Source of the DNA: Candidatus Saccharimonas sp.
Lineage (GTDB): Bacteria; Patescibacteriota; Saccharimonadia; Saccharimonadales; Saccharimonadaceae
Length of the DNA: 32,000 bases
Reading direction: 5' to 3'
Assembly (NCBI GenBank): GCA_015256915.3
Contig: CP076101.2
Span: 300,001 to 332,000 of the forward strand
A program made the translations under genes and the position numbers. A model generated the notes under the pieces. It ran no database searches. It saw only the letters and a list, made by a program, of their open reading frames with translations, and was not told the origin of the DNA. Positions 17,098 to 24,627 of the stretch are shown one piece after another; within the stretch, counting starts at the first letter, position 1; every line of letters starts with the position of its first letter.

Positions 17098-17928
17098 TCA
17101 TTGACGACTCTTCACGATAAATTTATTAGTACTCTTGCGTCGGCGAGTTTGTAGCCGAGAGTTGGTTGACCCCAAGGTGTGCGTGGAGTTGAGCGACCAA
17201 TTCCGTGTCGTCCACCGTCACCACCGTGTGGGTGATCTACAGCATTCATAACAACACCACGAACTGTTGGGCGAATACCTCTACGGCGATTTCGGCTGGC
17301 AGGAACCAATTTTTACGTTCTGATGTTGAATATTTCCAACCGTTCAAGCGTAGCTTCAGCTTCTAAGCGGAATTTTCGAACTTCACCTGAAGGTAATTTT
17401 ACCTGAGCATAGTCACTTTCTTTCGCCATTAACTGAGCTTTAGCACCAGCTGAACGAACCATTTGCGCACCTTTTCCTGGTGTGATTCGATTGCGTAAAT
17501 CAATGAACCAACAGGAATTTCTGAAAGTGGCATTCGGTTTGAAGCTTCAATTTCAATATCTTTTTTACCAGTTTCGGAAAACTTTACCTTGGAACATTGA
17601 AGTGTCCAGCCAAAACTGTAGTAAAATTTACCATTTTGATCTTGAACTCGAAACTTGATTCGTGCACTTCGGTTTGGATCATATTCGATTTCTCGAACTG
17701 TTAAAGTCATTTACTGTTGGCAATTTGTGATTAAAAGATTCGGTAATGTCGCTTAACACCACCACCTCGGTGTCGAACTGTAATTCGACCAGAGTTGTTG
17801 CGTCCAGCATTTTGCTTTTTCGCTTTAAGAAGACTTTTTAGCGGTTTTCGAGTTGTGATTTCGCTATAGTCTTCAGTCGTCATACCGCGTCGAGCAGGAG
17901 TCGTAGGGTTATATTTTTTAATAGCCAT
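17098..17928 (-). pseudogene. rplB: 50S ribosomal protein L2 (uL2), at least 8 frame switches as sequenced
   Basis: Fragments: [17 protein letters not shown]...[13 protein letters not shown] / [10 protein letters not shown] / LTVREIEYDPNRSARI... / VLAGHFNV / [37 protein letters not shown] / [39 protein letters not shown] / ...[25 protein letters not shown]...[11 protein letters not shown] / [17 protein letters not shown] infer the true stop to be TGA at 17098-17100. Confidence 0.9.
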
Positions 17929-18263
17929 TACTTCTTCTCCTCAGCAGTTTCAGCTTCAGCACCTTCGAAGATTGCAATCTTATCGCCTTCTTTTACGGTT
18001 ACATAAGCTTTCTTAATATCTTTTTGAGTTGTTGAACCTGCAACATATCGTTTTGGATTTCGAGATTTGTTGATTCGTTTAGTTTTACCAGCCTGAACAA
18101 CAGTTCGAACGCCAGTTACAGTTACTTCAAACTCTTTTTCAATCGCTTCTTTGATTTGGTTCTTATTCAAAGTTAGCGGTACATTAAATACGTAAACATT
18201 TTTTGCTGTAGAAAGAGCATAAGCTTTCTCAGTTGCACGTGGAGTAATAGGTTTAATTGCCAT
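17928..18263 (-). CDS. rplW: 50S ribosomal protein L23 (uL23)
   Basis: 111-aa intact ORF in the canonical position between rplD and rplB, with TAATG overlaps at both ends. Confidence 0.9.
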   Translation of the reverse strand: MAIKPITPRATEKAYALSTAKNVYVFNVPLTLNKNQIKEAIEKEFEVTVTGVRTVVQAGKTKRINKSRNPKRYVAGSTTQKDIKKAYVTVKEGDKIAIFEGAEAETAEEKK

Positions 18264-18850
18264 TATTTTTCTCCTCCTAGCCAGCTTTCAATTGCTTCAA
18301 TTGCTTTTGGCGCAATAACAATGTGATCAGCGTTCAAAATGTCGAACACATTTAGATACATTGGCGAAACAAGTAGAGCTTCACTGATATTATTGGTTGC
18401 ACGGATAAGTTCATCTGTTTTTTCAGCAACAATAAGAACTCGTCGATTCAATTTATTCTCTTTCAAGAATTTTGCAACTTCAGCAGTTTTACCAGTTGTT
18501 TTGATTTCTGCAACAAGAACTTTATCAGCTTGAACTGTCAAAGCTTGTCGAAGAGCAACTCGTTTTGAAGTTTTCGAAATCTTTTTAGTGTAGTTTTCGT
18601 TACCGCGTGGTCCAAAAACAATACCACCACCTCGCCAGATTGGGTTTCGAATTGATCCAAATCGTGCGCGACCAGTTCCTTTTTGTCGCCATGGCTTTTT
18701 ACCACCACCACGAACTTCACCGCGTTGTTTTGTTGTAGCACTTGCCAAGCGGTTGTTAGCAAGATAAGCGTCATAGGCAAGCTTTAATAGTTCATGATTT
18801 CGAACTTCAACTGCAAAAACGCTTTTTGGAAGAGTTGTTTTTTCAGCCAT
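18263..18850 (-). CDS. rplD: 50S ribosomal protein L4 (uL4)
   Basis: 195-aa intact ORF with the conserved block TKQRGEVRGGGKKPWRQKGTGRARFGSIRNPIWRGGG. Confidence 0.95.
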   Translation of the reverse strand: MAEKTTLPKSVFAVEVRNHELLKLAYDAYLANNRLASATTKQRGEVRGGGKKPWRQKGTGRARFGSIRNPIWRGGGIVFGPRGNENYTKKISKTSKRVALRQALTVQADKVLVAEIKTTGKTAEVAKFLKENKLNRRVLIVAEKTDELIRATNNISEALLVSPMYLNVFDILNADHIVIAPKAIEAIESWLGGEK

Positions 18851-19464
18851 TATGCTTTACCTCCAATGCTGATAAGACCCTTCTTTGGTCCTGGTACAGC
18901 ACCTTTTAGCCCAATTAAGTTATTTTCTGCATCGATGTAAGCAACTGTTAGATTTTTAACAGTAACTTTGTCGTGACCCATTCGTCCAGGCATTCTTTTA
19001 CCTTTGAAGACTTTTTGTGGATACATTGAGCCGATTGACCCAACACGACGCACGTTTCCGTTTCCACCGTGCGAACTCTTGCTTGTGTTAAAGTTATGTC
19101 GCTTAACTGTTCCAGCAAAACCTTTACCTTTGCTTGTTCCAGTTACATCAACAATGTCGCCAAGCTCGAAAGCTTCGACATTAATTTTAGCGCCAACTTT
19201 TATATCCGCAGGAATTTCGTCAACGCGGAACTCACGAAGATGCTTCGGAGTTACCTCTGCTGGTTTTACATGTCCAGCCACGGCCTTGCTCAGGTTCTTA
19301 CCCTCACCAAATGCCACTTGAACTGCGTTGTAGCCGTCTGTTTCAACGGTTTTAACCTGAGTCACAGTTACAGGGCCGGCTTGAACGAGCGTGATTGGTG
19401 TAACAACGCCGTCTTCACCGATGATTTGGGTCATACCAATTTTGGTACCGAGAAGTGTTTTCAT
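18850..19464 (-). CDS. rplC: 50S ribosomal protein L3 (uL3)
   Basis: I place the true start at the ATG at 19464 (MKTLLGTKIGMTQI..., a conserved L3 N-terminus) after GGGAG. The track's 262-aa version reads through the promoter and leader. Confidence 0.95.
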   Translation of the reverse strand: MKTLLGTKIGMTQIIGEDGVVTPITLVQAGPVTVTQVKTVETDGYNAVQVAFGEGKNLSKAVAGHVKPAEVTPKHLREFRVDEIPADIKVGAKINVEAFELGDIVDVTGTSKGKGFAGTVKRHNFNTSKSSHGGNGNVRRVGSIGSMYPQKVFKGKRMPGRMGHDKVTVKNLTVAYIDAENNLIGLKGAVPGPKKGLISIGGKA

Positions 19465-19609
19465 TTCACTTATGCTCCCAATTAATTTAATATTAGTTAA
19501 ACTTTCCACGATTAAAGCTTGGCATTCGCGTGGTTTCGAAAGCGGGTTTTCCCTGTTACGACCCTCGCATGGCCAAGTTTTATATTTACGTAAATAAAGT
19601 TCACCAATT
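19465..19609 (-). promoter_or_regulatory. About 140-nt 5' leader of rplC with predicted nested helices (candidate r-protein autoregulatory leader)
   Basis: The outer helix is CTTGGC/GCCAAG (19572-19577 with 19518-19523). Inside it are a GCG.GG/CC.CGC helix and a GGG-aaaa-CCC hairpin (19544-19553). An alternative CCACG...CGTGG pairing lies downstream. Confidence 0.35.
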
Positions 19610-19638
19610 ATTCTAGCACAAATATCTTTAAAAATCAA
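19610..19638 (-). promoter_or_regulatory. Sigma70-like promoter in front of rplC
   Basis: The minus strand reads TTGATT - 17 nt - TAGAAT, starting 18 nt after the histidine kinase stop. Confidence 0.5.
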
Positions 19639-19655
19639 GAGTTTTAATCAAAAAA

Positions 19656-20708
19656 CTATCTTGAAAATCGCATTAAAACCGAAAATGTAGTTTTGAATTT
19701 TTTAGTTTTCGGAATTCTCTCATTTTTGGCTAAAATTACACTGTGCGTTTCTTCCGCCAGCTTTTTTGCAATTGCAAGCCCTAAACCATAGCCTTCCGTG
19801 TGATTATTACAACTTCTAACTTTATCACATCTATAAAATCGATCAAAAAACTTATTTAATTCATCTTGCGGAATTTCATTCGAAAAATTTGAGACAGATA
19901 AAACAGCTTGTCGATTTTGCCTAAAAATCTTCACTTCAATCGGCTCTTTCGAAACATTATATTTCAGCGCATTATCAATCAGAATCATAGCAATTTCATC
20001 AATTGCCGTTTCGTTATTTTGAACAATAAATTCCTTGCCATCTTCGAACTTAATTTTCTTTTCCGCATCTGGAAATTTTGAAATTCTAGCCTTAATAGTT
20101 TCGTTCAAATTCACAGCTGAAAGTGGAATTTCTTCATTAATTTTCGAAAGACTGAGCAGCATTTTCACCATCGCAGTTAAGCTTTTTGCTTCTTCTAAAT
20201 TGCTCTCCAGAACTTCACGAAGTTCATCTTTTGAAGCTGTTTTATCTTTTAGAATTATTTCAGTTTCAAGCTGGATTGCTGCAAGTGGCGTTCGAATTTC
20301 GTGGCTCGCATTTGAAACAAATTCAGACTGTAATTTGTGAGCTTTTTCAAGAGGTTCTAAAGCACGGCGCGCCAGCCAAAAACTACCAATACCGCCAGCC
20401 AATAAAATTAAAAAATCTAAGATTAGAATTGATTCAGTAATCTGTTCGCTAGCTCGTTTGTTCCTTGCTGTAATGATTTTTTCACGAAGCTCATCTGTTC
20501 CATAGCTATTTTTGTCTTTCGAAAAACTTGTTTCAATGAGTGGTGTGGAAATTTCCATAGTATTTGTATTGATCGAATAAAAAATTACAATATTAAAAAT
20601 TCCAACAATCGTTAGCAAAATCAAAAAATATAGCATCGAAAGGCTAAAATGAGTACTTTTAAAAATATCGCCACCGAATTTAAATAATCTCCGTTCTTTA
20701 TTACTCAT
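19656..20708 (-). CDS. Sensor histidine kinase (two TM helices, HisKA + HATPase_c)
   Basis: The H-box is FVSNASHEIRTPLAAI, the N-box is IDNALKYN, and the G-box is GYGLGLAIAKKLAE. The ATG at 20708 overlaps the response-regulator stop (ATGAGTAA). Confidence 0.9.
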   Translation of the reverse strand: MSNKERRLFKFGGDIFKSTHFSLSMLYFLILLTIVGIFNIVIFYSINTNTMEISTPLIETSFSKDKNSYGTDELREKIITARNKRASEQITESILILDFLILLAGGIGSFWLARRALEPLEKAHKLQSEFVSNASHEIRTPLAAIQLETEIILKDKTASKDELREVLESNLEEAKSLTAMVKMLLSLSKINEEIPLSAVNLNETIKARISKFPDAEKKIKFEDGKEFIVQNNETAIDEIAMILIDNALKYNVSKEPIEVKIFRQNRQAVLSVSNFSNEIPQDELNKFFDRFYRCDKVRSCNNHTEGYGLGLAIAKKLAEETHSVILAKNERIPKTKKFKTTFSVLMRFSR

Positions 20709-21372
20709 CAATTTTATACCCTATTCCTCGAACGGTTTTAATTAGTTTTTTCTCAAAAGGCTTATCAACTTTTTCGCGCAAATAACTGATATAAACTTCA
20801 ATATTATTCGGCAAAATATCTGCATCATAATCCCAAACATGCGCAATAATTTGCTCTTTCGAAACTGGCCGGCCAGTATTTCGTACTAAATATTCAAGAA
20901 GTGAAAATTCTTTATTGGTAAGTTCGATTTTTTGATTATTTCGAAGAACTTCGTGCGCGTTCAAATCTAATGATAGATCTGCGATTTTTAGAATAGTTTC
21001 AGCTTGGGTTTGCGGCCTTCGAAGCAACGCTCGAACACGCGCTAAAAGCTCATCTAGAGAGAAAGGTTTCGTTAAATAATCATCTGCACCACTATCTAAA
21101 CCCTCGGTTTTATCTTTAATTTCACCCAATGCTGTTAAAAGTAAAATTGGTACTCTTTTACCTTCTTCGCGGAGCTTTTTAGTTAAGCTCAAACCATCAT
21201 AATCTCCCGGAATCATTCGATCAAGAATAAGTAAATCATAATCAATCATTTCCGCCATCGCGTAAGCATCAGTTCCATCGTGCGAAATATCCACGGCGTA
21301 TTTTTCGTTTTTCAAAGCTCGCCCAAGCGCTCGAGCAATTTTTCGTTCATCTTCAACAATCAAAATTCTCAT
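20701..21372 (-). CDS. OmpR/PhoB-family response regulator
   Basis: 223 aa. The receiver domain reads MRILIVEDE...DLLILDRMIPG...LTA, and the winged-helix output reads LTNKEFSLLEYL...VRGIGYKI. Confidence 0.92.
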   Translation of the reverse strand: MRILIVEDERKIARALGRALKNEKYAVDISHDGTDAYAMAEMIDYDLLILDRMIPGDYDGLSLTKKLREEGKRVPILLLTALGEIKDKTEGLDSGADDYLTKPFSLDELLARVRALLRRPQTQAETILKIADLSLDLNAHEVLRNNQKIELTNKEFSLLEYLVRNTGRPVSKEQIIAHVWDYDADILPNNIEVYISYLREKVDKPFEKKLIKTVRGIGYKIDE

Positions 21373-21378
21373 ATTTTT

Positions 21379-21387
21379 ATTTTATCA
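21379..21387 (-). promoter_or_regulatory. Extended -10 promoter (TGaTAAAAT), 6 nt upstream of the response-regulator ATG; leaderless candidate
   Basis: The minus strand reads TGaTAAAAT-aaaaat-ATG with no Shine-Dalgarno sequence. Confidence 0.45.
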
Positions 21388-21414
21388 CGCTTTACTTAAA
21401 AAATCCTGAAAATT

Positions 21415-21453
21415 TATTTTTTTCAAAAAAAGAAAAGCCTCAAAATGAGGCTT
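21415..21453 (-). terminator. Rho-independent terminator of the 105-aa gene
   Basis: AAGCCTCA-ttt-TGAGGCTT on the minus strand, followed by ttctttttttg. Confidence 0.65.
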
Positions 21454-21469
21454 AAAGCAAGAAATTGTT

Positions 21470-21787
21470 TTAACGAGAAATAAACTTACGGTGAGCTTTT
21501 CTCTTATTGTACTCTATTAATTTTTTGATCTTATCCTCAAAAAGTCTAACATCATAAATAAGATCATCAAATACATTTTCTGAAAAGACATCATCCTCAC
21601 TCATATAAATGACTCCAATTATTTTAGGATATTCATTGAGGGATATGTAACCTTCTAAAAAATTATATTCCATAGAATATCTGTGACCAATAAAAAATAT
21701 CGAAGAGTTTTCATCATAAGCACGTTGAACCTTATCTTTGAAAATTTCTTCAAATATATTTATCAAAACATCCTCGCTGAATCTCAT
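21470..21787 (-). CDS. Hypothetical small acidic protein (105 aa), stand-alone transcription unit
   Basis: The ATG at 21787 is preceded by GGAGGTGG-aacatt. The track's longer start at 21838 has no RBS. It has its own consensus promoter and terminator. No family recognised. Confidence 0.55.
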   Translation of the reverse strand: MRFSEDVLINIFEEIFKDKVQRAYDENSSIFFIGHRYSMEYNFLEGYISLNEYPKIIGVIYMSEDDVFSENVFDDLIYDVRLFEDKIKKLIEYNKRKAHRKFISR

Positions 21788-21829
21788 AATGTTCCACCTC
21801 CAGAAAAATTGACTTTGAAAGTCTTTTAA

Positions 21830-21858
21830 ATTATACAACTTTTTATAATAAAAGTCAA
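21830..21858 (-). promoter_or_regulatory. Consensus sigma70-like promoter for the 105-aa gene
   Basis: The minus strand reads TTGACT - 17 nt - TATAAT. Confidence 0.55.
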
Positions 21859-21884
21859 GAGCCGTCCTTTTCGAACAGCTCTTG
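21840..21884 (-). terminator. Hairpin after the ABC-2 permease gene, overlapping the next promoter
   Basis: CAAGAGC - 15-nt loop - GCTCTTG, followed by a T-rich tract on the minus strand. The large loop makes this a weaker call. Confidence 0.35.
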
Positions 21885-21903
21885 TTAGTTTTTTTAAGCT
21901 AAT

Positions 21904-23145
21904 TTAAGCAATTTTCTTTTTTGAAAAAATACTTTTAAGATTTACTTTTGAACCATAAGAGATTGTTCCAAAGCGGAAAATTCGCACAGCAAGCCACACG
22001 GCAAAAATCGCAAAAATGACAAGAAGCGAAATTCCAATAAGGGCTTCTGCTAAGCTCAAAGTTCCCAGCATATTTCGAAGAAGCAAAGAAATTGGTGAAG
22101 TCAGCGGGAAATAGCTTAAGAAGACAGTTAAAGCGCTTGGCTCACTCGAAAGGAATGAAGGAAGCACGAAAAGGGGCATCATTAGTGGCATAATAATTGC
22201 TGCAAAATAATTTGAAGCCTCTTGTGCAGTTGGCATCGCCGAACCAAGCGCAACAATAAACCCTGTTGTCATCATAAATCCAGCAATTAAAATTACAGCA
22301 GAAATTGCAATTGTACCAAAATCCCATTTAATAGCCGAGATAATTGGCATAAAATCTGGTAAATTTAAATCTTTTGCAAGCGTTCCAATACTTGAAATTA
22401 TTATAAGCCCAATGACAATTGGTAGAATTATTGTTAAAATTTGAACGAGTCCTAAAACCATAATTGAAATAATTTTTCCCAAAATTAAAGTTTTAGCTGA
22501 AATGCTGGTTAAAATCATCTCTGTAACGCGGTTTTCTTTTTCTTCAGTTGTGCTCGTAAGCATTCGGTTTGAAAGAAAAACAGTAATAAAATAGAATATT
22601 GCTAAGAAAATTCCCGGTACAATCATTTCTGGGAATTGGTTATACTTTTCACCATTTTTGAAAAATGTTTGCTCAGTTTTATAAGTTTCATTAATCAACG
22701 CTAACTGATTTTTATTCGTAGCTTGGACGCCAGAATTCTTCAAAATAGTTTTTAAAACCGCTGAATATTTGCCGTTTTCATTGATATTAGTATTTTTTCC
22801 ATAAATTTCAACCTTTTCACTGGTTAAATCTTTTGGTATAAAATAAAATGCACTAATTTTTCCATTTTTTACGGCTTCGATCGCTTTTTGCTTATCATTC
22901 GAAAAACTGCCTTTTAATTGTAAAACAAGCTCTTTAGAAATTAAGCCACTTTCATCTTGAACCTGGAAAGAAAAACTCTCTTTTGCTAATTTTTCTTGAT
23001 TCTCCTTTGCTTGTGAGCCTGAAATTGCGCCAAACATAAACATTACACCATAAATTACAGGAATTGCAAAAATTGCAATCCAAAAAGTTGGCTTTTTCAG
23101 TGCACGGAAGATTTCGAACCTTAAAACTGTTCCTAGATTATACAT
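21904..23145 (-). CDS. ABC-2 type transporter permease (NatB-like, large extracytoplasmic loop after TM1)
   Basis: 413 aa. There is one N-terminal TM helix, a soluble loop of about 150 aa, then five or six TM helices. It overlaps the upstream ATPase gene by 8 nt. Confidence 0.8.
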   Translation of the reverse strand: MYNLGTVLRFEIFRALKKPTFWIAIFAIPVIYGVMFMFGAISGSQAKENQEKLAKESFSFQVQDESGLISKELVLQLKGSFSNDKQKAIEAVKNGKISAFYFIPKDLTSEKVEIYGKNTNINENGKYSAVLKTILKNSGVQATNKNQLALINETYKTEQTFFKNGEKYNQFPEMIVPGIFLAIFYFITVFLSNRMLTSTTEEKENRVTEMILTSISAKTLILGKIISIMVLGLVQILTIILPIVIGLIIISSIGTLAKDLNLPDFMPIISAIKWDFGTIAISAVILIAGFMMTTGFIVALGSAMPTAQEASNYFAAIIMPLMMPLFVLPSFLSSEPSALTVFLSYFPLTSPISLLLRNMLGTLSLAEALIGISLLVIFAIFAVWLAVRIFRFGTISYGSKVNLKSIFSKKKIA

Positions 23146-24061
23146 TTTTTACCTCATTTTCCACTTCGTTTTCTTCGCCATAAATATTCAAAAAAATCTC
23201 ATTTAAAGTTGATTTTTGAACCTTAAAGTTTATAATTTGCAGATTTTTCGAAACCAATTCTTTCAGAATTTCTTGTGAATCGGCTTTTAATGAGAGTTCG
23301 GCATAGTTTGCTTCTTTTTTTATAATCTCAAATTTATCGCTCTTTGGCAACTCTCCCACAAATTCAAGAATAATTCGTTGTTCGCCAAATTTATTTCGAA
23401 TTTCATCAACCGTTCCATAAGCTTCCATTTTACCATTTTTTAAAAGTAATGCACGGTTACAAATTTTCTCAACTTCTTCCATTTGGTGAGTTACCATCAT
23501 AATTGTGGCGCCACGAGCATTTTCTTCCTCGATAATATCCATAAGAAGTTGGCGATTAACAGGATCGAAACCTTTTGTTGGCTCGTCCAAAATAAGTATT
23601 TCGGGTTTACCCATAATGGTAATTCCTAACTGGATTTTTTGCTGCTGGCCACCTGAAAGCTTATCGATATTTAAGTTCGCCTTATCTTCCAAGCCAACAC
23701 GCTTCAAATATTTTTTTGAGAACTCTTGAGCTTCTTTTTTTGAAAGACCTTTAAGTCGCCCAAAATATTGCATCACATCAATAACTTTTTCTTTTTTATA
23801 AAGACCGCGCTCCTCTGGTAAATATCCAATTGCGCCAACTCTTTCGGGAGAAAATTCTTCACCATTAATTAAAAGTTCGCCCGAATCTGCCTGATAAATT
23901 CCTAGCAAAGCTCGAATTGTTGTTGTTTTTCCGCTTCCGTTTGATCCTAAAAAACCAAAAATTTCGCCCTTTTTAACATTAAAACTTAGTCCGCGAATAA
24001 TTTCTTTATTACCAAACGACAGCTTAAAGTTCTTTATTGAAATTATATCTTTATCTGTCAT
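23138..24061 (-). CDS. ABC transporter ATP-binding protein (ABC-2/NatA-like, with C-terminal extension)
   Basis: 307 aa. Walker A is GSNGSGKTT, the signature is LSGGQQQK, Walker B is ILILDEPT, and the H-loop is VTHQ. Confidence 0.92.
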   Translation of the reverse strand: MTDKDIISIKNFKLSFGNKEIIRGLSFNVKKGEIFGFLGSNGSGKTTTIRALLGIYQADSGELLINGEEFSPERVGAIGYLPEERGLYKKEKVIDVMQYFGRLKGLSKKEAQEFSKKYLKRVGLEDKANLNIDKLSGGQQQKIQLGITIMGKPEILILDEPTKGFDPVNRQLLMDIIEEENARGATIMMVTHQMEEVEKICNRALLLKNGKMEAYGTVDEIRNKFGEQRIILEFVGELPKSDKFEIIKKEANYAELSLKADSQEILKELVSKNLQIINFKVQKSTLNEIFLNIYGEENEVENEVKNV

Positions 24062-24067
24062 ATATAT

Positions 24068-24076
24068 AGTTTAGCA
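24068..24076 (-). promoter_or_regulatory. Extended -10 promoter (TGcTAAACT), 6 nt upstream of the ABC ATPase ATG; leaderless candidate
   Basis: The minus strand reads TGcTAAACT-atatat-ATG with no Shine-Dalgarno sequence. Confidence 0.4.
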
Positions 24077-24107
24077 CAAAAATCAAAAAAAACCAGTTTT
24101 AAATATT

Positions 24108-24144
24108 TTTATCTAAAACTAAAACAGCTCGTTTTGAGCTGTTT
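24108..24144 (-). terminator. Rho-independent terminator after rplO
   Basis: AAACAGCTC-aaaac-GAGCTGTTT followed by tagttttag on the minus strand. Confidence 0.65.
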
Positions 24145-24162
24145 TAAATACTTCCAGAAGAA

Positions 24163-24627
24163 TTATTTTTCTTCTTTTGCAGATTTCTTCAAAGGTGTTG
24201 CAACTTTTTCGAATTTTCCGCCAGCCTTTTCGATAGCTTCAATGGCAGATTTCGAAGCAGCTTGAACTTTTAAAGTAACTTTTTCGTTCAATTCACCTCG
24301 TGAGATAACCTTAACTTTATGGAAAGGTGTTGAAATGTAACCTTCTTCAAAAAGTCGGAAGTTATCAACTTCACCAGCCAAATCGTTCAAGTGGTCAAGA
24401 TACACAACTTGAGCTGGTTTTCGCAAAGATTTGAATCCTCGAGCTTTTGGAGTCGCTTGAACAAGTGGATTTTGACCACCTTGGAAAGTTGCACGAAGTT
24501 TCTTTCCTGTTCGAGCTCCTTGACCTTTAGTACCACGACCAGCAGTTTTACCACGACCGGCTGAGATACCGCGACCAACACGAATTTTATCTTTATTTGC
24601 AGAAACTTGGAGTTCATTGTATTTCAT
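24163..24627 (-). CDS. rplO: 50S ribosomal protein L15 (uL15)
   Basis: 154 aa, MKYNELQVSANKDKIRVGRGISAGRGKTAGRGTKGQ... The start overlaps the rpsE stop (TAATG). Confidence 0.93.
   Translation of the reverse strand: MKYNELQVSANKDKIRVGRGISAGRGKTAGRGTKGQGARTGKKLRATFQGGQNPLVQATPKARGFKSLRKPAQVVYLDHLNDLAGEVDNFRLFEEGYISTPFHKVKVISRGELNEKVTLKVQAASKSAIEAIEKAGGKFEKVATPLKKSAKEEK

Noticed and set aside
14950-17740. Programmed ribosomal frameshifting or transcriptional slippage as the explanation for the frame changes.
   Set aside because: Dozens of switches in both directions across eight genes, at sites with no shared slippery motif, cannot be programmed events. Known programmed shifts are single, motif-dependent events.
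14727-17928. Fragmented r-protein ORFs might indicate an alternative genetic code (UGA or another stop reassigned, as in Gracilibacteria/SR1 or Mycoplasma-like codes).
   Set aside because: The breaks are changes of reading frame, not in-frame stops of a single type. Only one in-frame stop was found, and it is TAA. tRNA-Trp has anticodon CCA rather than UCA. Long ORFs elsewhere in the window, up to 776 codons, are intact under the standard code and end in TAA, TAG or TGA.
18850-19638. The 262-aa L3 ORF and the 205-aa L6 ORF (25570..26187) with novel N-terminal extensions.
   Set aside because: The extensions contain promoter boxes and a Shine-Dalgarno site, followed by the conserved N-termini (MKTLLGTKIGMTQ and MSRIGKLPIEV). 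They are untranslated leaders read through in frame.
19656-24076. Calling the exporter / two-component cassette a genomic island or mobile element.
   Set aside because: I could see no integrase, transposase, flanking direct or inverted repeats, or tRNA attachment site. Promoter style and TTCGAA density look the same as in the rest of the window.
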